A DNA stretch of 64,000 nucleotides. It comes from Microthyrium microscopicum (lineage: Eukaryota). Below the pieces are notes generated by a model. The model was not told the origin of the DNA and did no database searches. It saw only the letters and a program-made list of their open reading frames with translations. Shown here piece by piece: positions 49,369 to 60,818 of the stretch; positions within the stretch are counted from its first letter, which is position 1, and every line of letters starts with the position of its first letter. The position numbers and the translations under genes are program-made. The stretch lies in contig MU004235.1 of assembly GCA_010405405.1 (NCBI GenBank), positions 1,378,538 through 1,442,537 on the forward strand. The letters are read 5' to 3'.

Positions 49369-50063
49369 CTTGGCGAACGGGTGTTCGCTGGGCAAACTCT
49401 TGAGTCACAAATTTGTGATCCACTTTGCCTTATCTCGCCAGCGGAGCGCGAAAAGATCATCCACTGAGGCGATATCTTGCCATCTCGTGGTTCGTATTCC
49501 GCTAACTCTTACAAGAGAAGTACTTGGCGAACGCACTTAATCTCTCGGCGGGAGTTTACTCGCCTTCGGCATTCTTTGTCGCTGATCGCGCCCCGCTAGA
49601 TGTGGATCCACATGCAGAGGAAAATCTTGGGAATTTCTTGGAGATGCAGCGGACGAGTGGAGCTAGCAAAAATTGCTTTGGGACCGGTCGTGTTTGAATG
49701 GCGGCCAAGATGGCGTGCGTGGGGTTGGTGGACCAGCTTGATATGGCGGGGTAGATAAGGGGACTTACATGATAGATAGACATCAACTGTCTGCTGAATG
49801 TGCGATGTTTGGATATTTTGTATTTGTTGATGTTAGGTGTTGTAGAAGAGATGATGCACGTCGAATTTTGCCAGAACAAAAAGCACTCTCAAAATTGCAG
49901 GGGTGGCGAACGCAGGCAGTTGACGTGCATATCAACGAACTCAATAATCCTGGTAGCCAACACCTCTAACATCCAGCCGCCAAGACGCTGCGATAGCCAA
50001 GTCCAGTCTATAAACACCAACAACTCCAAAATAAATCAATGATGTTGACGGAATCGTCTTGGC
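49369..50063. promoter_or_regulatory. Cluster of five GCCAAG (PacC/Rim101 consensus GCCARG) sites upstream of the ENA ATPase
   Basis: CTTGGC at 49369, 49523 and 50058; GCCAAG at 49704 and 49979. Confidence 0.6.
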
Positions 50064-50346
50064 GCACATCAACTCTGGTGCCATGTATTGAACCGTACCA
50101 CTCATTCCATCATATCTGGGGACGATGGGCGGAACTATAAGTAAGAGGCATGTGGCTCCCGTACGAGTGGTACTGGATACGTAGCGGAACGCCTAGAAAG
50201 CAAATTGCTCAGAACAGTGTCTGAAGACGAACAAATCGCTCGCTTTTGTTCCTTTCTTCTTCAACTCTTCATACCTACCTTGTGCATCACGTATGACGGA
50301 TATATTGGCCTTACTTTTACTCTCGTCTATTTCTACGCGATCGAAA

Positions 50347-53300
50347 ATGTCATCGGCAGATAGGACGGTACCGCCCAAGGTGGTAGCTACGCCACCGAAG
50401 ATGGAAATCAAGGCGGCGCCGGAGGGCCATGTTACTGGACAATCGAATATACGGCTCAGCGCATTGGCTCATACATTAACGCCCGAAGAGCTCGCAGATG
50501 AGCTTGATGCCGATTTAGTCGATGGATTGACGTCTGCGGAAGCCAAAGCAAGACTCGAGAAATATGGGCCAAATATGTTCCAGGAGCAGCGTGGTGTCCA
50601 GCCATTCAAGACATTACTTCGACAGGTAGCTAATGCTATGATGCTCGTAAGTCTTCAGTTCTCCCACCCTACAATCAAGTTAGCTCATTGCAATAGGTTC
50701 TATTCATGGCCATGGCCGTCAGCTTCGCCATCGGCGCCTACATGGAAGGCGGCGTAGTATTCATCGTAATCCTCATGAACATCATAATCGGTTTCTGGCA
50801 AGAATATAAAGCCGCCAAAACAATGGGTGCTCTCAAATCACTCTCTTCCCCCACCGCCAACGTCGTCCGCGATGGAGCCAATCACCAGATTCCGAACTTT
50901 GAGGTTGTTCCTGGTGATATGGTTGAAATGAAAGATGGCGATACTGTGCCTGCAGACGTCAGACTATTCGAGGCACTGAACTTCCAGACTAGCGAAGCGG
51001 AGTTGACTGGCGAGAGTTTGCCGGTATACAAACAAAGCAACACTACATTCCCTGCAGATATACCGATTGCGGATCGCCTGAATGTTGCGTATAGCACCAC
51101 GAAAGCTAGCAAGGGAAGGTCGAGAGGACTTGTGTATGCAACGGGCATGTGTACTGAAATCGGGACCGTCACCGCCGCGCTCGCCGGTAACAAGACCTCA
51201 GTTATCCGGCCAGTTCGCAGAAATTCTGCAGGACGCAAACGCCCGCACCACTATCTGACCGCGGGAGCCTTGACCGTCAAAGATGCCGTCGGCCAATTCC
51301 TCGGCATTGCGAAAGGAAGCGGTACACCACTACAGGTGATTTTGGGCAGATTGGCGGTTGTGCTGTTTGTGGTGGCTGTTATATGTGCGATCATTGTACT
51401 AGCAGCCAATGGATTCGCGGGCAATAAAGAAGTCGTCATTTACGCTGTTGCTACAGGTCTCTCCATGATTCCCGCGAGTCTCATTGTTGTGTTGACGATC
51501 ACGATGGCGGCGGGCACGTGGGCGATGAAGAGACGGAAGGTCATTGTGCGGAACATGAAAGCACTTGAAAGCCTAGGCGGAGTGACAGATATCTGCTCCG
51601 ATAAGACCGGAACCTTGACACAGGGGAAGATGGTGGTCAGCCGAGCATGGATCCCTAGTGATGCAACGTATCTGGTTGATCTGAATGATGAGCCGTTCAA
51701 TCCAGAGAAGGGGACGGTGCGGACGAGGAAGAGCTGTCCGCATGGTATCAATGGCCATGATGAGGAGAAGTTTGAGGATGTTGTGCCGGTTGAGCACCTT
51801 GAGGGCAATGCGAGATTGCTGGAATTTCTCAAGGTCGGCTCATTGGCCAATCTTGCTACGGTACATGTTGGTGAGAAAGAGAGTTGGGTTGCGAGGGGAG
51901 ATCCAACTGAGATCGCTCTTCAAGTCTTTGTTTCGAGATTCGATTGGAATAGAACTGGACAAGTATCTGGTGATGAACCATCCTGGAAACAGATCACCGA
52001 ATTCCCTTTTGACTCGGACGTCAAGCGAATGAGCGCAGTATACGAAGAGACTGCCACCAAGAAGAGATGGGCTTTCACCAAAGGAGCGGTTGAAAGAGTC
52101 GTCGGTCGCTGCAATCGGGTACACCTGGATAGTGAAGTGGCTGGAGAGATGACAGAGAGCTACTCCAATCATATCTTGCTCCAGATGGAAGCAATGGCGT
52201 CCTTGGGTTTGAGAACATTGGCTCTTGCCAGCAAAGAGATCTCAGAAGACTTTGAGCTTGAGCAAACAGACGCCAGAGAATGGGTGGAGCATGCTCTAGT
52301 GTTTAGAGGCCTCGTGGGAATATACGATCCGCCTCGTGCTGAAACTGCTCCATCGGTTAAAGCTTGTCAAGATGCTGGTATTGTGGTTCACATGGTAAGT
52401 GCCAACAAGTTTCTTTATGATGACTATGCTAATAACCATAGCTTACTGGAGATCATCCAGCTACAGCAAAGGCCATCTCAGAGCAAGTTGGTATCTTGCC
52501 AAAGGATACTTCGATGATCGCCAAAGACACGGCGGATGCAATGATCATGACTGGCTCACAGTTTGATGCTTTGTCGGATGCTGCAATCGACGCACTACCG
52601 GAACTGCCTCTGGTGATTGCGAGATGTGCTCCAAGCACAAAGCAGAAGATGATTCATGCTCTCCATCGACGGAAGAGATTCGTTGCCATGGTAAGTGATT
52701 CCGATCAATTGAAAGAGAGCCGTGCTGACATGATTAGACTGGCGATGGTGTTAATGATGCTGTGGCCTTGAACGAAGCAGATGTTGGTATCGCTATGGGT
52801 GATTGCGGTTCAGATGTCGCCATTGACGCCTCTGACATCGTCTTAACCGACGACAACTTTGCATCGATCGTCGCAGCCATCGAGGAAGGCAGAAGAATGT
52901 TCGCCAACATTCAGAAATTCGTAGCACATCTCTTAGCGCAAAACGTCGCTCAAGTGCTAGTTCTCCTTATTGGCCTAGCATTCAAAGACGACTCCGACTT
53001 CTCCGTCTTTCCAATCAGTCCAGTTGAAATCATGTGGATCATAATGATCACATCCAGCTTTCCAGACATGGGACTCGGTTTCGAAGCCGCAACGCAAGGC
53101 ATAATGCTTGAGCCGCCAAACGACGTAAGATAAGCGCCCAAAGAATCTTACATCGCCTGCTAACCTTTTCCTAGACCGCCTGGGGTGTCTTCTCACCCGA
53201 AGTCGTCCTCGATATCCTCGTTTACGGCGTCTGGATCGCCCTGCTCTGCCTCGCCTCCTTCGTCCTCGTAATCTTCGGCTTCGGCAACTCCCACCTAGGC

Positions 53301-53780
53301 ACAGAATGCAATCGCACCTACTCTGAATCCTGCGACGTAGTCTTTCGCGCCCGCGCAACAACCTTCGCTTGCCTGACCTGGTTCTCCCTCTTCCTCGCCT
53401 GGGAACTCATCGACAAGCGCCGTAGTTTCTTCCGCTACAGCGCACCAGAGAAACGGTTTTTCTGGCAAGTCCTTTGGGCAAATAAATTTTTGTTCACGTC
53501 GATTGTGTTGGGTTTTGTGACGATTTGGCCGGTGCTGTATATTCCGAAACTGAATACGGTTGTGTTTAAGCACAAGGGGATCCAGTGGGAGTGGGGGATT
53601 GTGTTGATTGCGACGTGGTTGTTCTTTGCTGGGGTGGAGAGTTGGAAGTGGGCCAAGAGAGTTTATTTTAGACGGAAGGCTAAGAATGTTGGCCAGACGG
53701 GCGGGAATTTGACGCCGAGTTCGACGACTATGTCGAATAGTACGTCTGGAAATAATTCCAAGTCGAGGATGGAGGTGTAA
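50347..53780 (+). CDS. ENA: P-type IID Na+/K+ efflux ATPase (ENA family)
   Basis: [63 protein letters not shown]. Introns 50647-50696, 52395-52441, 52691-52737, 53125-53174. An upstream in-frame ATG exists at 50293. Confidence 0.93.
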
Positions 53781-55271
53781 ATAGCACGCTGATGGATAAG
53801 ATTCTTTGGAAACCAGATGCGGTATACATATTCCATGATCCGTGCTCGAGGAGGAAGGACTTGAAGAGGCAAGCTTTGTATGAGCTGGCAAAGTCGAACA
53901 TTTTGCATAAACTTGGAGTATTAATAACACAATGGTAGATTTGAATGCTTTTTTTCTCGAGACCACGCTCAATCACGATGTGAAGCCATATTCGGCAATT
54001 GAAGACATTCATGACATGAGAGTTCCAGCCTATGACATGGCTTAAGATCTGCTCCTCAACACAATAAAGAAGACGAATGAGATATAGTCGGATGTAGATG
54101 CGTTACAGAACCGTTCCACGAGATCAAAAACGGTTGAAACCATCGAGTGGTCAGAGAAATATCTTGGATGAAACGAGGTTGCAGAAGTCTAAGCTGAAAG
54201 CGAAATTCGAAGCATTGAAAAGAAATTGACGGCTCGTGGCAGACTAAATGGTCAATGCCACATCTAGCTGCATTATCTGCCATGATATCAATTTCATCTG
54301 AAAAGTAAAGTATAAAAAATTGTTGGGATGCAGAATCACGAAGAAATTATTCGACGCGTCTGGAGTTGCAAAAAATATGGCAGGGGTTGGGCATTGCAAA
54401 CATCAGCTGGGTTAGGCCGAACAAGGTTAGAGAATGCTTACTTGTTGACAATAGGCACAAGACCAACCCAATTCGGGCCAAAATAACAGCAGCGGCGGCT
54501 GTCAGGCCCGTCTATCTTCAAAACCAATCTTACTCCCGCGTTTAAGGTCCCATCGCTAAACTTCTTCTCCTCAATAATCACAAGCAATTCGCCTACTTCT
54601 CTTTTTCACCAACTTCACCAACTTCAGTCTTTACTTTGGCTTCTCATATACATTTGGCGAACCTTCATTTGCACGCGTCAAGAATCCAACAGCAATTCAA
54701 CCGCGCACTAACGACCGTTGCAGCGATTCCCATGGCGCATTGCCCCGGGCCTCTTCTTCATCAACCTCCACTTAACCTGCAATCGCCAATCAGGGCTCTC
54801 CATTGCTTTGATTGACTGCAGGCTTGTCGGACCAACTGCTCTCTTACTCGCTCACTGCTCCTCGTCCCAATTTCCCGCTGATTCCAAGTTGCTACCATTC
54901 CAACCACACCCTTCTCACACTTTCCCACTCTCAGCTAATTACTTCTCTTCGCCGCTGGCAGGACCAGCAACAAGTCCATTAATCCCAACATCATCGACAA
55001 ACCTTTGCGAACTTCGACCAGTTGCACGTCTCGTGCCCCTGACCAGGTTCATACCCGCCCTGTACACCAGGAACCCACGACACAAAACTTTGTTTGCTCA
55101 ATTAAATCTATAGCATCTGCACAACACGGACACTGAGCCCAGATCTCTCTAAAGAACCTCGTTCATGGATTTCGCGCTCACCTTCGACACGTAGCTACAA
55201 CACCTCTCTCCTCCTGCGACACACTCGAACGCATCTAGCTCGATTCTCCTCACCAATAATCCAGAGCAAGT

Positions 55272-58229
55272 ATGGCCTACCAAAATCAGGGCCAATCTAG
55301 GCCGTATTACGATCAAAGGGGTCCTCCTCGAAGAGGGCCACCTCCACAAGGCTACGAACCTCAATTCAACAATAATTATCAACGACAGCAACAACCACCA
55401 CCACAGCAACAGCAATACCAACAGCAACAACCACGAGCGCGGCATAATAGAGGGCAACCAAGTGAAGATGGATATTATCATTCGGAATTTTGGGCTGAAT
55501 ATGGAGTGCCACCACTACAAAATAATGGCTTTGATCAGGGCCCTCCGCAACAAGATGGGCCTCAAATGAGAGCGGGTAATTTTTCAAGACCGAATGGGTT
55601 CGATGATGGTTCTCGCGGACCGCCACCTGGACAATTTGGAAATGGTGATCCAAGACAGCGAGGTCCACCAAATGGCTATGGAATGAATGGCCCACCACAA
55701 GGCTTTGGAAATGACGGATTCAATCGTGGGCCACCCAATGGACATCCAAACGGACGGCCTCCCCCCCGAGGTGATTTTAGAGGCGGCCCTGGAGGTCCTG
55801 GAGGGCCACAAGGAATGCGACAATCGCCGCCGCGTCGAGCTCAAGGCAGTACGTACTTGAACAAGTTACACGTGGATAATATCTAACTCGAATAGTGGGC
55901 CCTCCTTATGATCCATCTCTCAAGATGGGCTTCGATAATCCATTTCCCATCTTTCCTTCAAATCCTCCACCTCGATCAGCAACCGCGCCTCTCGAAAACG
56001 GCATGGGTAATATGAGTATTAATGGACGGCCTAGCATAGATAGTAGCTCCAGGCCACCTACATCTGCCAGCAGAACGAGTAATAGATCAACGCCTTCGCG
56101 ACAATCAGAAAGAAGTCAATACAGCACCGATGCTACTACTTTTGACAGTATCCAGGAGGGACCATTGACTGGTCCCAGTTCGTTCCAACGGGGACCTTTA
56201 CCACGATCCATGACGACGCCTAATGATAGGCCACCAACGCGCCCTGGTGGCCCTATGGATTTTGGCATTGGACCTCTTGGGAATGATCCAATGGGACCTA
56301 GAGCCGGCTCTGCTGCGGGAATGCGCCCTGGTATGGGTGGCTTTGGTCCTCCAGTTCGTGCTCAAACATCACTCGACAATCGACCGGGAACTTCTCAAGG
56401 GAAAAATAATTCATTTGACGACTGGATGCCCAATTTTGATGGCCCATCGAATGCTGCGCCCATGGAAGATGCTATAGGACTACCACTTGATGCGGCTCCA
56501 GGAATTGCTAGAGCACCTACTGCACCTCCACAACTTCACGCAATGAAGTCGCAACCAAACTTGCGATTACAAGACGATGGATTGGGCTTCGGTTTCGATC
56601 AGCCTCCACCAATGCCCGGAGGCATGCCTATGAATGGTAACAGGATGGCTTCTCCAGATCCGTACTCGAGTCGCAGTAGAGGACCTGGTGGACCAGGACC
56701 ACGTGCAAATATGCCACCACCATCAATGCAAGGACAAGGACGACCATCACTGGACACGCAGCAAAATCCGTGGTCAGATCCCGGTCCGGGTCGAGGTGGT
56801 CCTATGTCAGCACCACCGGGCGGCCCTCCTGGGGGTGGGTTTCGTGGTCCTCCTCCTGGCAGAATGAATCAACCACCGCCACCACAACCCGAAAACGAAA
56901 ACCCTGATGCGTTACCTGCCCATCCTATGCCGGTGAGGCCAGGTCTCATGGATAATGCACAAGCAGGCGCGCAATCGCAACGTGGCCCACCACAGCGCAT
57001 ACCACAGCAAGCTGGGGAGCCCACGGATGGCGAGCCGCCCGTCACACTCCGCGAGTTGGATGAGTTGCGCGAAAAGGCTCGAGTAGCTCCTGCAGATAAC
57101 AAGCTCCACCTCTTTCTCGCGAGAAAGTTGGTTGAGGCATCAAATGTTCTGGCAGACGAGGGGGGTCGCGCCGACCTGAAAACACGCAACAAGAATCGCG
57201 AAAGATACGTCTTCGAGGCACACAAAGTCATAAAGAGATTGGTCCAACAGTCCTATCCTGATGCCATGTTTTACCTCGCAGACTGTTACGGCACAGGTCA
57301 ACTTGGCTTGCAAGTCGACCATAAAGAAGCATTTAACCTCTACCAAGCAGCTGCCAAACTCGGCCACCCAGCTTCAGCCTACCGAACGGCAGTATGCTGC
57401 GAAATTGGCGGCGAAGGTACTAGGAAGGATCCGCTCAAAGCTGTACAGTGGTATCGACGATCAGCCACCCTAGGTGACGTGAGCGCCATGTACAAGCTCG
57501 GCATGGTCCTACTCAAAGGCCTCCTCGGCCAACAATTATCCGTCGGCGAGGGCGTAATCTGGCTCAACCGCGCCGCCGAGCGCGCAGACGAAGAAAATCC
57601 CCATGCCGTACACGAACTTGCGCTTATCCACGAATTCCCTCCCCGCGGCGGCAAAATCATCGCAGACGAGAAATATGCGCTCCAGCTATACCAACAAGCC
57701 GCTAAACTCGGCTATCGATTATCTCAAACACGACTTGGCAAAGCTTTTGAACAAGGTCATCTCGGCTGTCCGATAGACGATCGCGCCTCCATCCATTGGT
57801 ACAGTAAGGCTGCCGCCCAGGAGGATGGAGAAGCAGAACTTGCCTTGTCAGGCTGGTATCTCACCGGTAGTCGCGGAATTTTGGAAGCTAGTGAGACAGA
57901 AGCGTATCTTTGGGCGAGGAAGGCGGCACTGAAAGAATATCCCAAGGCCGAGTACGCTATGGGACATTTTAGTGAGACTGGTATTGGATGTCCAGTTAAT
58001 CTGGAGGACGCAAAGCGCTGGTATGGGCGTGCAGCTTGTGAGTTTTTGAGTCCATGCTTCTTGTGAAGCCAGCGATTCGTGGATATGAGATACTAATTAT
58101 GTTTCTGTAGCACATCACTACGTCAAGGCTCAGGAAGCTTTAGAAAACTTGAGACGAGGCGGCCGCCAGCGCATAAAACGCCAACGATATTCACGAACTG
58201 GTCGCAATGATGAATGCTCGGTCATGTAG
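55272..58229 (+). CDS. Chitin synthase activator, Sel1-repeat protein (Chs4/Skt5-like)
   Basis: Long G/P/Q-rich N-terminus, Sel1 repeats (AMFYLADCYGTG..EAFNLYQAAAKLGH; AMYKLG; AELALSGWYLTG) and a C-terminal CaaX motif CSVM*. Introns 55849-55895 and 58038-58110. Confidence 0.9.
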
Positions 58230-58641
58230 AGCATTTGGCCAGCTGTTGATAAATCCAGATAAATCATATATTTGCATTCACATCATGGCGTCGGACTGTT
58301 ATATCGAAGCTTTCGGGACAGCTCTTTCGATACCTCAGGCTGCGCTTTTAATCTTAAAAGACGCCATGTTAATACGGAAGTCGAACGGAATAGTACTTAT
58401 TCTTGGGCGCAAAGGAACGTTAAAAACCAACACCGTGCTTCTGATACCCGACTTGGTAGCTTCAATCCCAGTCTGGGGGCATGTTTGCTCCTATTATCTT
58501 TCATCTTTTGGGTTCTTGATAGAAATATATAATCTCTCAAACATCACTTACCTTTCTTTCCTTCTCCCTCCTCTCTTCTCCGTGACACGAACGAATCCGT
58601 CATTTCCCTGTCTCGGTCATTCCGCTGTGTCAACTCCCTTC

Positions 58642-60123
58642 CTAAGTATACGTCATCAAAAGATCAATATATCCCTTATACGCCTTCCCATCCTTCGGCT
58701 CCATACTATAAATATACGGTCCCCACCATGGTCCAGCAGACCACCAATTCCATCCGCTCCATACGTCGGAATTGGCCTGCATGTATTTCAACATGCCCGC
58801 TACTGCTGTCTTGCACTGTGCGTTATCTATCGTTTGTCAGCGTAAGATCTAGAGTATATCTCTTCGCACGGCCTAGCGGGATTTATCAATGTACTGAAAG
58901 GCATTTCAGCAGATCATAAATCTCTGCCATTATTTTTTGACGAGGGCATTCTTACCGCCTGCGCCAAATTCACCCAAAAAGCCGACTTTTTTGTTGGCCT
59001 TGAGCCATTGTGTTGCTTCAACGAGTCGTTCTTGCCCGATGGTGGAGGAGACGCATTCGGCTTTTGTGCCGGAGCCGTCGGTGTCGAGATATTGGTGCAT
59101 GTGGTAGACGAGTTTGTTCAGGGGGTCTTTGAGTGCGCCCATGGTATCTGCGTTGCCGGATTTTTTCCAGGACCTGGAGATGTTAGTTTTTTGGGGAATG
59201 AATCACGGATTGGGGAATGGGAGATTTCGTGGTTGTGAGGGGAGCGAGAAATTGGAGCTGTGAAGGGAACGTGAAAATTGGGAAAGGGGTTTGTGATGAT
59301 TTTGAGCATTGTTTGCGCTGCCTTCGCACTGGAGGAAGGGGCAGGGGGGAAAGGGGAATGTTTTTGTTGACTGTGCGAATTCTAGGGGGAGGCTTACCAT
59401 GCGCCTGTCCAGGAGTTGCCTTCGACATGAATCAGTTGTGTGGCGCCTGTGGAACGGATTCCGTCAATGGCGGCTTGGTTGAGCTTGACGACCAGGGGTT
59501 GGGGCATATCGTGGTCTATTTGTTTGTTTAGCACTGGTTAGGGGTTAAGGGGTGTTAAGGGGCGAGGGTAGGCGACGACGGGGTCGGTCATTTGGGAAGC
59601 TTGATGGGAGCGGGAGCTGGAGCTTACATTCGTTGTTGGTGTCCCAGAGGACTTTAGGATTGTCCTTGAACTTTTTGGCGACAGACGTCCACCAAGCCTT
59701 GAAATCTTCGGGGTTTTCGATGATTTTCTGGTAGTATCGGCCATAGTTGTGTGGGTTTAGCATGGCGTATGCGCCTTTTCCGGTGACGAAGTTGACAGAG
59801 TCTTCCATATCCTTCAAGTATTCGGCGTTGAAAGAGCCGGTCATTTTGTCGGGAATGAGACGCTCCATGAGGAAGTTTAGCCGGAACGTATTCATGCCTT
59901 TGTCGATAAAGTGAGCAATGGCTGTATTGTTTGGCCACGCATAGTCTTTGCCTTTTTTGCCTGGGAATACTTTTTCGCCGAATTCTGGTCCTGCTTCGTT
60001 CATGCCGATGTATTGGAATTTGTTGAGCTTCGCGGGCACGGTGTTGTCCAGAATCCTAGGCGTAGCGACTGCTGAAACGACCGTAGCCAGCGCGGCCGCT
60101 GGGAGAAACGAGTGGATGTGCAT
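58642..60123 (-). CDS. Secreted GH5 endo-beta-1,4-glucanase (GH5_5-like, no CBM)
   Basis: Signal peptide, [27 protein letters not shown], acid/base motif [17 protein letters not shown], nucleophile [14 protein letters not shown]. Three introns of about 112, 224 and 129 nt restore an intact frame. Confidence 0.92.
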
Positions 60124-60818
60124 ATTAGCAACTTGCTGAAAAAAAATCCGAAGTACTACGAGGCTCGCCAAACGTTGTCCACGATGAGCTGGGAGGACGA
60201 CCTTTAAAGGAAGCACAGATCCAATTTCTTTATTCCGTAGAAGATCTCTCCGCATAGAAATAAGGCATAGCGGCGGCTTCAGACCAGGGTGTACGCATTA
60301 GAGGTGGTTTAAGCATTATGATCTTGTGGTCAATCATGTATAGACGACGCGGTAATTCAGGTCCGATGGTCCAATCCTGGTTGAAGAAATAGACAATTTG
60401 TGGCCGGCAATTAAGGGCTGGCCTCGTCTAGATAAATTGGCAGGTATTTTTCCGCAATGCATGAGCAATTTGGCGACATCTCCTGTTCGTTGTAGCGGGA
60501 GTGCTGATTCAGGGGCTGTTATTATTGCTCTCCTGTCGTCTGATCTCCGCCTTCGTGAACAATAGATGCAATGCTCATGCTCATGCTGCCCCTGAGCATC
60601 TTTCGATATAGGGGCTCTTTAATGTGCTGCGCCATTTAGGGGATGAAAGGGTGGCGGTGCAGGCCGGAGTTAAGGTTCGATCTGGGAATCTCCGGAGTCT
60701 TTCCTCAAGCTGAGTGCCTCAATGCACATTCATCCACCTCTCAACAGCTTCAACATCAGGCTGCACCCGATGCTCTTCATGAATCAAAAGACATCATCTT
60801 CCTCGACACACCAGCTTG

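Noticed and set aside
21598..58229. Cell-wall/cytokinesis cluster (IQGAP, UGP1, Chs4-like)
   Set aside because: The genes are tens of kb apart and interspersed with unrelated genes; ordinary gene order explains this.
58207..58845. 212-aa plus-strand ORF
   Set aside because: It overlaps the 3' ends of two convergent genes and has no coding-like features.
58827..59398. Possible stwintrons (nested introns) in the long GH5 introns, suggested by internal CAG|TACATT and CAG|TGCGAA
   Set aside because: [D1,2] or [A2,3] splicing would remove one extra nucleotide and frameshift conserved GH5 sequence. Single canonical introns give the correct frame.
58642..60123. GH5 gene looks fragmented or pseudogenised in the ORF track
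   Set aside because: Three canonical introns restore a full frame with both catalytic glutamates.
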